DNA from: Chrysomallon squamiferum | Taxonomy: Eukaryota > Animalia > Mollusca | Reading direction: 5' to 3' | Length of the DNA: 64,000 nucleotides | NCBI GenBank assembly: GCA_012295275.1 | Contig: CM022665.1 | Span: 15,314,001-15,378,000, forward strand | Part shown: one piece after another, positions 39,401 to 53,900 of the stretch | How the letters are laid out: every line of letters begins with the position of its first letter | Position numbering within the stretch: the stretch's first letter is position 1 | The notes under the pieces: generated by a model | Told to the model about the DNA's origin: nothing | Database searches by the model: none | The model's input: the letters and a program-made list of their open reading frames with translations, nothing else | Translations under genes and position numbers: made by a program

Positions 39401-42400
39401 CATTTTGAAAATCATGTAATCATTAAAATTAAAGGATATATCTTGGTCTATATTTATTTATAAAAATAGATTGAATATTTGTGTTCAGCTTAAATAGTAT
39501 GGAAAGAATATGAGTGATTACTTATAAACATCTCATGCAGTTAAAAATAAATGTAGCTTGATGGCCATGCAACAGGAATTGTTGAAAATGAAAGCACATC
39601 TGCTTATAGACATTCTTATATGTGATCTTTGTGAAAGTTGGTAATGGTTTACAAGCAGAAACTATTACCAAATTGCTTACTAACTGTGTTTGAATGGAAT
39701 TCACATAAACATGGCACTGACAGGTTTTATTATAGGACTAGATCCAGTCATTATAAAAGATGAAAAAAAAAAGAAAAAAAAAGAGGAAAAAATATGAAAA
39801 TATAAATATATATATATACAGTAATCCCTCGATTACTATGTTTAAATAATCCTCTGATATCACTGAATTTATCAAAACAATCAAAAAATATTTATATATG
39901 TATATTATTTTTTATGCACTAATCAAAACCACACATTTCAAAACATTACTGTATGCAAAGTAAATTTACAAAAAGAGAAATATTCACACTGCTATAAAAA
40001 AGAAATAATGGCTGTTGGTTTTCAGTACTTTACTGATCTGTATTCTACTGTAATATATTTTTTTTCTTTTCAACATTGTGTCATGTTTAGAAATTGTATT
40101 TATAGAGGCCATCTGCAGGGCTGTCAGAACGCAAACAATCAAACAAGTTATCCCAGTTACAAGATAATTATGAGGAAGTGGAAATGGACATTGATGACAG
40201 CAATGAGGCATCTCCATGTATGTATAAACCTTAGCAGTTACCAACAGCAGCTGGCTATATAAATGAAAATAACGCAGAGGTTTTCTGTTGTTGTTGTTTT
40301 TTTTTTTTTCTCAGCTTTTTAAAATTAAAACTTGTTTACAGAATTAGCAGTTGGTGTGGACCTTGTATCCATGGCAATCTTTCTGCAATTAAATTGTTTA
40401 CTGCGCACAGACACTGAAGCTGTTTTTGAAATAATATTGTTTAGTTCTTGGAAAACAGTAGATAATGGGGTTAGTAAAATGTTACTGAGGATATTTTTAA
40501 TATTTTTATATTGGGATATATAAAACTTTAAAAAATTTCTATAAATTATTATGGAGAAGAAACATGATGCAAAGGTGGTTATTTGTAAATTTGTTTTTAT
40601 TCTGTTATTCAGCTTTACCATTTGGAAATACTACAGTGTGTGAAGAATTCCAGTTTGATCCTGATTTCCAGAATGCAATGAAACCAGTTCCACTGATGGT
40701 GGGTATTTCATTTAGAATTTAAAATACTGTGATATCAAATAAAATATATCTAAGATAAAAACACATAGTCTAAATACACATTATAAGCTTACATATAATT
40801 ATTTTTGTTTCTAAACACCAACTTCTTGTAAGAATAATATATGATATAACATCAAGGAAAAATGAATATGGCAGGTTGCACATACTTTTTTTTTGAATTG
40901 GTTATTTTATTTTCATACAATTACTGAAGTTCATAAAAGTAAACTCTTATTTGGAAATATATGAAATGTATTTTGGGCTATTTGTTGTGCCACTATAGGT
41001 TCATTTTAATGAACACTATATTGTGCTTAATAACACCAGGTATAGATTTACAAACAAAATGTTGACTTGTAGATAATGATTGCAAGTAATCTAAAGCAAA
41101 TATATTCTTACATTAAATTAGGTATACAAATTTATTTATTATTGTTACTGCTATTATTTATTTATTTTGCCACTATTATATAATGATAACAGATAAGAGA
41201 AATAATTATTGCAGGTTCCAGAGCCATCAGCAATACCAGTCCCTTCACAGCTACCATACACACCATCGTGGTTTCCAGTGGCAGCAGCAGCATCTACCAC
41301 AGCAGCATCGTATTCACAATTTATTTACCAGCAACCTCCTCTGCCAGTCCAGACAACTCCAGATGTGCCTCAGCCACCCCCACCTCTACCCGAAGAACCT
41401 CCTCCACCTCCACCCTTACCAGATGTTCCAGCACCACCACTGCCAAATGTGCCACCACTCCCACCATTGCCAGTGGAACCACACCCAGAGGACAGTGTAC
41501 ATCAAACCCCTCCCCCTCCCCCACCATTACCTCCAACTGTTGGTGGAGAAGTGCTGTCTGGAGATGTAGATACAGAACTGGAGGGTGATGAGGCTGCTTT
41601 GCTTAGAGCACAGCTTCTTAAGTCTATTGCTGAAAAAAGAAAACATATAGTGGACCCTGAGGTATTTAAATCCTATTTTAATATTTATTGCCCAAAATGT
41701 TAATTTTGAAGTATTTAGATTAAATATTAATATTCCCTGTCTAAGATTAATTTGGATGTATCTAAATTATATATTAATATTTCCCTGTCAGAAAGTTGTA
41801 CACTGATATTATCTGATTACAGAGAGTTTATTTTGTTTTACAACTGGATCATATATTAATATTTCCAGGTTAAATCACAGATAGTTAGTCTTGAAGTATC
41901 TAAATTGCATATTAATATTTCTAAACCAGCTTTTAAGTAATTAATTTCAAAGTACCCAAGTCCTACTTTAGTATTTTCCTACTATATTATGATCAGTTAA
42001 TTAAGTGGTATCTAAATCATATATATTATGTATTAATTTGTCTGTATCTGATATACAATATTTGCTATTGCAGACCATAATATATCTAAATCATACATTA
42101 ATATTTTCATATGAAATTACAGATAGTTTATTTATTGTATTTAAATCATGATTAATATTTCTGTTAATTAATAATAGTTAAATATTTGTAACAAAAAAAA
42201 TAAATATATATGCAAGAAATTTTTCCATTGTCATTTAAATGATAGTTAAAAACATTATTTTAACTGTTACTTTATTTCTAATTGAGTTTTTTTGTGTTTC
42301 TTTTGTTTCAGAAGAAAAGCAGCAGACCTTCCAGTAGCAATGCTTCCCCTTCCACTTCTAGAGAGCAGTCACCAGCTCCTGTTCAATCCAAAAAAATATC

Positions 42401-44886
42401 AAAGAAAACAGCTTCATTTACCATGGTAAAGCTTTATTTATATTCATACACACACATATATTTCTATATACATAAATACATGTATATATATTTTTTATTA
42501 TTATTATTTTTTAAAATCATTAAAAAGAAAAATTTATTATTAACAACTTGGGTAAAAAATTAAATACATAATTACTTCGTCAATGCATTCACATACATAT
42601 ATACAAATAACTGATAATAATTTCCCGATTTCTTTTTAGTCCTTTGATAACAATGATAGTTATTCTGTATCTTTTCTTCTACCCATATATTTATTTAGTA
42701 ATGTGAATTACAACTCCTTAACCATTGTCAAATTTATTATTTTGTTTTATCCATGAATATATTAAAATAGTTTACTACTATCAGATATATTGTTTTATTT
42801 TATTCATGAATATATTAAAATTGTGTCCTTTACTGTTAGGAAATTTATTATTTTATTTTATCCGTTAATTTATAATATATAGTGTTTCTTTTTATCTATG
42901 AATATATTAAGGTGGTTTGCATCACATTTGCTGCTATAAAAATTATTGTTACCTATAGTTTCTTCTCATCATTAAAAATAATTAGGAAATCTATCATTTA
43001 CATAATATATGTGTATAATATTTGGCTGGTGGTTTCAGCTTCCAATTCACAAGCCTGTTGTGATTCCCCTGCATGATTCATCGTCATCATCATCTGAAGA
43101 AGAAGAAGAAGAAAAAACAGGTTTCACAGAAACCTTCAGCATCTATGTTGCTTGGTGGACTGGACAGTTTTCTTAAAGCAGCAAGATTGTCAGTTGAGGT
43201 ATGAATTCTGTTTTGTTCAACTTGTGACTGTTTTTAAGTAAAAAGAATGATATTACTAATACATTTGGTGTATTTCTCATGTAATATATATGAATAATAT
43301 TATTAATACATTTAGTATATTTGTGATATTGTTGTTGTTTTTTTAAATTAAATAATTTATTTAAAGCTATATGCTAATTTATGATGGTATATTAAATAAT
43401 TTAATATTGAAATTATATTAGTAAAGAAACAATATTTTAACATCTGATCTCAGAACACTGCTGAAAATGTAAAATAAATATTCTTTACATTTTTGTCAAC
43501 TTGTGACCAATTTAAGTAAACTATTGATACTAGTATTATTAATACCTTTTGTATATTTCTCATGTTGTGTTACTTTTTTTTTTAATGAAATAATATATTT
43601 AAGCATATTGTTGAAATTGTATTAGTAAAGAAATGATATTTTAAACAAGTTTTGTCATGGTTATTAAACATGTAAAATAAATTGTCTTTACATCCACTGT
43701 AGGTAGTTTTATTTTTATAGGCTCATAATATTCCCATCAAACTTTGTTTAATAAAGTGTCTAAAATATTTAAGTTGCAGTCTGCAGATGTTAAGACTGAA
43801 CCATCACTGGAACAACTGCAGGCAGAAGAACAAAAACAAAAACAGATCCAAGAACAGGAAACAATCCTTTCTAAACTGAGGTTAGCATTTTTCTATCACT
43901 ATATCTTTCAGTTTCATCCCTTGTTCTGGTTTATCTAAGGCATTGCATGTGTTGCTTGTTCTGAGGGAAATCTTGTACATGAAATCATTTGCTGCTAATT
44001 TTTCATAGAAGCCCTTCCACTCGGCGATTGCACAGATAAATATAACTATAAATATAATAAAATATGTTTTTTGCTTTACCTGAAATACTTAAGCAGTTTT
44101 GTAGCTCATAAAGTATCCATATCAGGTATTTTGTGTATGAAGAGAAAAAAAATACTTTATCTTCTCCATGTCTTTCCATGAAGTTAAAGTCCCATAGAGA
44201 AACCTTAAATTTAAAATAGGGTTGTTAATTAGATTGTTATTAATTGGGTTGAGATATATGGGAGGTGCTGGCTTGTCTCCATTATTCAAAGAACCATTGT
44301 TATGAATGAAAATATCCATTTGCCGTTATAACTGCATATTTTGTCTTGTACAAATGAAAGCTATTAATGCAAAATTTCATATATATATATAACTGTATGA
44401 ATTAATTAATACTCACAGGTTAACAATCCAGAGAGACCAGGTTCTACTGAAGTCCTTGGTAACAAGAGCTTCCAAATATCTTGCCAGCCTTAAACAAGCA
44501 GAACAGAAAACGGAAAAACTCAGAGAACAGTTGGTTGCTGCAGAAAAAATCATCTCTGCCAACAGAATACAAGCTGAGAAAACTAAATCACAGGTAATTG
44601 TAATTGTAATTGTAATTGTAATTGTTACAGAATGGTGTCTGATAATATTAGATGTTTGTCTGTCTGTCCGTCTATATGTTTTTTAGGAAAATAAAATAAA
44701 ATGCTGAAATGAAATGAAAAAATCCCTAAGACCCAACAAAATCTACAGAATTTATTTTCAGAGGTATATTTATTTTGTGATAAATCTGTATTGTCCTAAA
44801 AAAATAAAGTGTTGAATGTTTAAAAACCATTAAAAATCAAGAATATATTTTAGGTAGTATATATATTTTATGTTAAATTTATATTG

Positions 44887-44933
<47 letters not shown>

Positions 44934-47900
44934 CAAGAATATATTTGAGGCAGTAAATTTTATTTAATGATCTTAAATTAATTTGTTTTATTAAAAAAAA
45001 TTTCAAAGGCTCGAATTGTCCAGCAGAGACTGCTAGAAAAGAAACAGAAGTTTTCTGATCTCAAAGAAAAAGCTGTTAGTTTGGGAAAAGAGGTATTTGG
45101 ACCTAACTACCAGCCCAGAATGATAACTGTACAAAATGTTCAGAATAAAACTGCTGACAAGAGAAGACATGGTAGTCTCACAGTTACTGGGTCCATTGAT
45201 GTAAGAAAATAATTTATCTTCATTTGTGACCATGTTTAAATATTTTTCTGTTAATTTATAAATGATTATGTATTTTTTCTTTTATTGTATAAGTCAGAAA
45301 GATAATTTCAGGCTTATGTAATAATAATTTCAACTGTATATTGATAAAAATTAGTTTCACCTTGACTATTTTGGTTTATTAATGATTTTCTTTAAATATA
45401 AATAGTCATGTATTTCCTTTTATGAATAGAGCAAACAGTTAATGAAAAACAAAACAAAATAAAAAAATCCATTTGTCTGTAAATAAGTCAGTAAGATGTT
45501 TATTAGTAATTGCCTTTTTATAATTTTCTTTTACAACAGGAAAACAAAAGGAGAGAGTGAATCTTCCCCTAAAATAATTTTTAATGAATTCATTGTATAT
45601 AAATAAAAGAAAAAAGAGAAAAAAATTACATTTTTGTTTTAATTGCAGCCAAAGAAAAAGAAACCCAAAGTATCTGTCTCAGCAAAAGAGAATGCTGCTC
45701 CAGTCAAAACACAGCAGCAGAAAAAATCAGCTGAATTCATTGCTAAAGAAAAATTACGTCTTCAGAACCTTGAGAAGCAATATGCAGAAAAAATACGACT
45801 GCTGAAAGCCGGACAGTTACCCAAATCAAAACAGACTGGAGAAAGTGTGGTGAAAAAACCTCTTCCATCAAAACCTTTACAGAGTTCTTTGTCTGCAATA
45901 ACAAATCTAGAAAAAATTAAACTCAGTACATCAGCTTCTGAAGTGAATGATGACTCATTGACCTGTGCTCCAAGACGACGTTCTTTGATAGAACTGAACT
46001 CAAGCAAGAAACCAAACATACCCACTCCCAAGAAAGACAACTCTGTTGGTGTTTCTCTGACAGATAAAGCGAGTTCTGAACTGTCTACTTTTAAAATGCC
46101 ATCAGAACAGCAGTTAAAAAAACTTAGGAAATTACAGGTATTTTGAATGTTAATTACAGAAAAAAAATAATAACCAGTTGAAGTAAAATATATATAATTA
46201 AAATGTATAATATATAATTAATTATTTCATAATCATTAATTCTTGAACTTTCCTTGGTCAGTATTAATTATGATGGTAAGATGTTTTGTTTTCAGTAATT
46301 GATTGTTGAAACTGCCTTTGTCTTTCAGATTTTCCTTTTATTTATTTTTTTGTTTGAGGGTACAAATTCTTGCACTGTCAATGTTGCTTACATTCTTTTA
46401 TATACTCTAGTTCTTGTCTATATCATACACAATGCTGAAAGATTTCTTACAGTTATAATTTTTATGTTAGAAGGAATTTAAGTTTATATGTCCTATATTT
46501 TTCTTTTCTCTTTTTGTTTTTGTTTAGGCTGAAAAGAACAAACACGTTTTACAAAATCCATTGTTACATTGCCCTAGTAGTTGTTATTTCAAAGACTTCA
46601 TGCCACCAGTGAAAGAGGTAATGATGTGTTATATGGTTAACTTTGTTTTGCCTAGAATACATTTTGGCTTCTTCTGTTTTTGTAACTAAAATCAGTGTTT
46701 ATTTATTTCAAGAATTTTCATCTTATAAAAAATATCTTCACTAACAATAGTTTTGGAAAAATAAAAAACCCCAAAATATCCAGCACAATGAAATTTGTTA
46801 AAACCAATCATTGTACTGTTGGAGCAAGTAAAAATTGTGGTTAGGAATGCTGTTTAATTTACTTGCATTTTACATTTAGCTACTCAAAAAACTGTGCAAC
46901 CATGGAAATTGTTTGGTTTGGGGGAAATTCCACTTTGGTGTGACTCTAATTTTGTAGATGTTTTACACATTTCAACCAGTTAAATGTAGTTCATGTTTTA
47001 TGTTACTATTGATTATATTTAAAAATGTTTTATTAATACATGTAAGCAACATAGTCATTATCATTACTTCATGTTTATCATCTTCAAAATATTTATTTTC
47101 AGTTAGTATTAAGCTGAGTAGTTTTATTTGATTATTTTTGATAATTAGAACTGGATTTGTTTTTGAACAAGTTGTTGTAATTTTCCTTCTAACTGTCAGA
47201 TTTGAATACAGATAAAAAGTGTTCTGTTTTTATAAAACTAAAGTAACTTTCTTTTAAATAAATAATTAAATTTTAAAATTAATTTTTTTACCCTACCCCC
47301 CCCCCAACAAAAAACCACTCCATTATTCATAATATTTTATTATTTTATAATCCAAAATGATTATTTTTTTGTTTTGTTTTTGTTAGATACCTGGCTTGAC
47401 ACTGAAAGATAAAACAAACATCAAGATGGTCATGGAGGTCTCTGAAATAGCACCACTTCAATATTCTAGTCCACTTCTCAAGTTCAAAGCATATCGGTAT
47501 GTTATTTTATTTATTTTTTTATTTTATTTTTTATAACATGGTCCACACTAGGCTAGAAAAATTGGGAGAAATCATGTCTCCCTCTAGGCACATTATGGCA
47601 AAGTGAGGTTTGTAAAGGCAAGATGAGAGAGTGCCACACAACCAAGCCATTGTCACAAATATAAAGTTAAACATAATAATTTTATACAGACTCATGCCAT
47701 AAGTGATAAAATTGTTTTGCAAAAGTTTTATTCTTACATTTGTTTACGATTACTTGCAGCCTGCATTCTCAAGTTTTGGACTTCTACTTACATTGGCTTG
47801 TTAATTGTAATGTTGACAGTACATGTAATTCTGTACAGTCATTTATTATGACCATGTCAATTTAAGTTTAAAAGAACTGTGTTTATTGTCAGCCTCTAAT

Positions 47901-50900
47901 CACAACAGTAAAACAGTTGGTCACATAACATATTAATAAATATAATTTGACAGAAATAATAAAAGTGCTGGCCTATAGCAAAATATGTTCACAAGATCAT
48001 AGGACAAAATGGATTCAAAATATCAATACATTCAACTTCCAAAAAAATTGATTTAAAAAAAAGAAAAAAGAAGTGACTTAGAACTTTGTAGTGGGTTAAA
48101 AATAAGGTGAAGCTTAGTACAATAGGTCAAATATTTTGACCATATCACCACCTTGCGTGAACCATGTATAAATATTATAGTGGATTCTAATGCATTAGTA
48201 GTCATACTTAGAAACTTCAATATTAAAAGAAAAGTATTAAAATATAGTTGTTATACATGCATAATATTTGATTTAAAGCAGTTGGAAAAGCGATAGTAAT
48301 CAGTGATATATTAAAGAATGAATCCATATTTTACAACTTAATATAGTTGATTATTAATAGTTGTCCAATACTTTGATTTAAATGATGTATAGATGTAAAT
48401 ACATTTGTAGTTTTAATGTAATAATGATGTAAGAACGGTATTAAAGGATACTTTATATCCACCTTTTTATAGTGAAGTTCATACTGTGAAGAAGAAACAA
48501 GTCCAATCATGTGAAAAAATGCATACAGTTCTTAGTGTTGTAGCAATCTCTACAATATTAAGTTACTCAGATTATAAGATAATCATAAAACTAACACACA
48601 TTCTTTGCATTAAATGTTATTAAATGTTAATGGTTTATGTGTAGAACACAAACTGAGTATTTTGAAAGACTATCCTATGCATTTAGAGACAGTTTTAATC
48701 TTAGAGACAGATTTTTAATCTTTGTTTTCTATATTCAGTTTCAGTCCGTACTTCCGAACCAAAGCCAATCTCACCATTCCATCTGTAACCTTCTCCAATA
48801 AAATCGATCCAAAGAAAATCTTCTGCCGTTTTGATCTTCAGGGTCGGTGCAATGATGAAAAATGTTCAGGGTAAATGTTCAAGGTCGAATTTAGTTAGCC
48901 TTTTAATTTCTAATTATTTTTTTTCAAATTTCATCCAGGAGACATTGAGAAATCTTTTGTATTCTTGTTTTTTTTGTTTGTTTTTAATCATTGCCATCCT
49001 GGCAAAACAGAAACCATCAGTGTTACAGAAGTAGCAGATTTGTGGAGTAATTGTTTTGAAATGTTTTAGTTTTTTCAGTTCATTTTGGCTCAGGGAGTAA
49101 ATTAATTTTCTTCATCTGTTTTGCAGACAGCATCAGCGTGATTACAAAATGTCAGCAAAAGAAATTTTAGAGGATCTGGTGTCATACTGTCCTCAGCTTG
49201 TTGGAATCACATCTACTCAGTCTCCTGTAGAATATACTAAATCAATAGGTAAGTGTGTGTTACTATATTTATAATATTATCACAATAGAAATGGACTGAT
49301 TTGACGGTGTACTAATTTTAAAATTTTAAAAATGTTTTACAACAGTATTTTCAGTGTCATATATTATATCTTAAATTAAAATTATAATTAAAATTATATT
49401 CTGTTGATTTCACTGAGCATAATCTTTAATTTTTTTAATAAACTAGATACGTTATGTTAATTTTTAATTTTAAGGTTAATTGATATGTTAAGATTAGGTA
49501 ATATTATCCAAGCAGTTCATGTCTATAACAAATTGTCTTTCTGGATTCTATATACATTTTATATCAAGCATTCATTTTGAAATTTCATTAGGAATCGTGT
49601 TATTTTACATTTCTCTGTGCTTGTAGATATGTTGTTTTGTTTTCTCTCACATTATATATATATGAGAGTTTATGTATATATGTGTATGTTCATTCACTTC
49701 AACCATTTTAATTCTCTCTGTTCATATTGATAATCATTTAATATTTTCAGCATCGTATGTCGACAGTTTAGTTGCTCAGCATAAAGGAAAGATTTCCATG
49801 GATGAACTGTGCCTTGTAGCCACTTCAACTGTGATTGAGAAAACTGGAAAGAGTAAGTAATATTCAGCTCAGTGATAAATATTTATTATTTTGCAAGATG
49901 TTATATACATGTATTATTACTAACTGAAAACCTCCATTTAAAAACATTGTTGTTGTTTTTTTTTTTTTTTAATTATTTAATTTTCATTCCTTCTTATATA
50001 ATGTGAAAAGTGTTGCAACAACTTATATTATTATTGTTATTCTATTTTGTTCTTTCCTGCATTATGATATTCCAAACCATCGGGTTTCCAGGTACAGCAT
50101 TGAAGATGTAAAATATCTACATTATAGAAATCTCTGCCTTCATGTTAAGTGCTTGATGTAGAAAAATCTACATGTGGTCTTGATGTTTTGGTCTAACTTT
50201 ATCTGTAATTAAATTGTTCTGAAGTGCAGCAAAGATTGTAATAATCTTCACATTTTATAGTTAATTCAGTTGTTGATTTACTGATCTTTAATTACATTTC
50301 AGATCGGCCATATTCAATGTTTTATGAGGCAAGAAAATTTAAGCCTGTCTTGAAGGAAATCAAAGAGAATCATGTACAGGATGAAACCGATTTCAGCAGA
50401 AAAACTTTAAAAAATTTTGGTGAGATTTCTATTCTTGTTTCTGAAAAAAAATATCAAGTTTTGTTAAAGACAGAGATCTGTATAATGAAAAGTGGCAGGC
50501 ATACTGATTCAGATTTACAGATTTGTTTTAAGGGTCAAAACTTTGTGCACTGTTTTATCATAATCATAGTTAAAACTACTGTTAAAGCATGAATAGTTAT
50601 GGAAAAAAACTGTTTTTTGTTATTCCCATCTGACTGTTCTCTAGCTAGAAAATGTATGATCCATTTTTCTGTATGTCAGAAGAGCAATATCAAAGATCCA
50701 TTACTAGTAATCAGTAGGAGTAACCCATACAATTATACCTGTCACTTTCTGTCTTCTATCATCATTACACAAGACACAGCTTTGAGTCGAAGCACATTAA
50801 AATAATTTCACATATTGTTAAATCAGTATTAATTTGCATAATAGCATTTCTTTTTCTTTTTTCACAGATCTATTAAAACCATCAGGAACAAAAGATTTAG

Positions 50901-53900
50901 AATCTGTAGTTGGGGAGGAAGATATTCGCTATTTTGGTATTGACTCTTCAGATGTTCAGACAATGGAAACAGGACTGCTGGAAAATCCACAGGATGTAGA
51001 CATGTGGCTAAAACTTGCCAACAGAAAACTTTCTTCAGAAAAGTAAGTTCGCACTTTAACCCTATCTGTCTTCAGATAGCAATTTGATTTTAAAAAATCT
51101 CCCAGAAACAGCAAAATTTACAAAGTAACACTGTTTGTTAAAGTTAATATAATATTTTTATAGCAGAAATTCTTACAAGAAAATTGTATGTTGCCCATGT
51201 TGACTTGTTTTTCCTTTGTGAAATTGTTTACCTATTTTCTACACTTAATGTTAATTAATCTGTTAAGACATTTATTGTTACAAAATATACTTCACATAAT
51301 AAATTACTTTACATTAAATTTACATTCACTCTCACACTGGCCTAAAATTTTAGGATGAGATTATCAGTACATATTTTTTATTAGAATTACAGTAATGTTT
51401 TTTCTGGATTAATAATTATAAAAAATAAATAAAATACTATAGAAATAACAATTCAGAAGTCCAGCTATTAGTATTTCACCTTGTTTTAATGTTACAGTCA
51501 TCATTTATATAATTATTTTTCAGCTCTCCAGAACTGTGCCTTGACCATTCTCTCAGTGTTCTGGCCCGTGCCTTGGAAGCTAACAAAACCAGTTCAGACC
51601 TGTGGCTCAGATATCTACAGCTATACAGAAAACATGAAAACTCCAATGATATTCTCGATCTTTGTCAAACAGCCCTGCAATGTGCTCCATGTTATGAAAT
51701 CTGGTGGCAGGTAAGAACTTTACAAAAAAATATTTTTCTGTTTACAGTCTTTGTGAAATTGTTTTCTTGGTTTTTAGTCTTTATAATGATTAATCTCTTC
51801 TTTTAGAACTACAAAAAATATTTTGCATAATAAATCATTTACATTTTTTCTCTTTTAAACTGAGGTGATTAATGTGATCTTTTCAGAGTTCTATTTTGAA
51901 CAAAATAAAATTTAAAAACAATTTCTTTTAATGTTCCCTAATTTTTTAATGTGTAAATTTTTTTTTTTTTTAATTGAGATCCCTTTATGTTCCATTAAAA
52001 AACATTTGTTATTTTGACTGGTGTCTTTTGTTACAGTCATTTTAATATTATAATAAAAAAAAATAATAAAAAAAAGGAAACAATTTTTAATTAAGGCCAT
52101 TTGTGTTCATTCCATGAACACATTTTTGAATTTTTATTTAAACTGAATTCTTTTCATATTAGTTTAAATAATTTCATGGTTTGCATAAGATAATACATTC
52201 ATAGAGGCATTGGACTTCATCTGTTAATTTTTGTTTTAGTTTGTTTATTCTTATTTAGTTCATATATCACTTGCATGAAATTTTCTTCATCATTTTATGC
52301 CTATGTGACACAAACATTTAGAATTACCACAAAATCATTTTGATAAAGAAAGGATAAAAAAAAAAATATATAGCAGGCTTGAAATGGCCAGTGGCCAAGT
52401 TGCCAAATGTGACCAAAGTTCTGTTTGAGCAACTGGGATGTTAAAAAAATTATGGGTTACTCACCCAAACAATATTATTTGGGCAACCTTTCTGTACTAT
52501 AAGTTATAAAACAAGAGCCACTATTAATAATTTTATCACAAATATTTATTTCACATTAAGGATATGCTTTTAGTTCAATAAATTGGATGTATTGGCTTAT
52601 CTTAATTTGCCAACATCTATTTTAGTATTTACACTAATTTTGTAGAGTGGATATCCATGTTGTTATCTGCAGTCTTGATAAACAAAACCATGAGTTTGAC
52701 TGTCCCATGATTGTAAAGCTAATTGTTACCATTTGGATCATCTTGGCTGAATACATGGACAAATCTGAACCTTCCCAAATGCCATCTTAGCTTCTGTTGT
52801 TTGCTTTGCAGTGTTTCGATTTCTGGGATTTTTTTTCTCTTTGAACTGATTTGTTTGGTTGGTTTGTTAAAAAGCATTTGACAAAGAAGAATTCCAATAT
52901 AACATATGTTAATATATTTGCATAAGTGACTGTTTGAAGCATATTTTTAAATCTTACTTCTAAAGTTAAGATCAAGTTTTCCTTGACTTAAAAGCTGGAA
53001 TATGAACATGTTTTGATTGGGCTACCAAAAACAAATTTGGGCCATTACATTTCAGATGAGTTATCATGCCTATGTTATATATTTGCTGATTTTTGTATAA
53101 GAAGCATACATGATAAATTTTAACATTCATGCCAGTGTTAATTGTAAAACTGCATTATATACAGAGTGAATTGAGGGAAGCTGTATTTTAGCCAGTTTTG
53201 AGCAAACTGACTTTTTCAATGGCATGCCTAATTTCATGAAGAAAATAATGTTTATTAATAGTACAGCCCACTCGACGAAGAGACATGTTCTTTTGCAGCC
53301 TGCTTTTCAAAAACGGTTTAAGCCATACTACAATACAATAATGAAATTACTGTACTAGGCTATTCAGATTAACTAGATGATACATACTGGCCTACTCAAA
53401 CTAACTTGTTATAAACATATTAAGAAGTGCAACTTTTAGCTTGTTGAAATAATTGTCTTCAGTTAGATTTCTAGTGCCAGTAATTTTTCTTCTGACAATT
53501 AAAAAAGAAAAAAGTTGATAAGCATGTTTTTCTTGGTGATCCAAATTCATATGAGCATCCCAGCCCAACAAATTTCAGAAATTTGAATTTATGTGATGGC
53601 AAGATAGTTGTGGAGCCTGCCATACTAATCTAATTTCCCACCATTTCAGTCACAGTTTGAAAGCACTTTAAAACTTTAAGAGCTTTTTTGATGGACTAAA
53701 AATAATCATCATCAACCAAATATACTCCTTACATTTTTTTTTTTTTTTTTATTTAAATATAATTTTTACAAAATGATAATAAAAATTTTTTTAAAAAATG
53801 CGTTATTCTGGAAAGAATTAAATACATCTAATTCAGTCTTCATTTAATAAGCTGAGGTTCTTGTTCATTTTCTGTTTACTTTTTGTTTTTTTGTCTAAAA

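Noticed and set aside
41183-41588. Overlapping alternative-frame and antisense ORFs over the ZFC3H1 proline-rich exon
   Set aside because: Expected shadow ORFs of CCN-rich coding sequence; no independent support.
45009-45200. Suspected third frameshift in a ZFC3H1 exon
   Set aside because: On recount the exon is 192 nt and open (ARIVQQRLLEKKQKFSDLKEKAVSLGKEVFGPNY...).
52373-53620. Possible MITE bounded by GCAGGCT...AGCCTGC
   Set aside because: Only 7 bp of inverted match and no clear target-site duplication.
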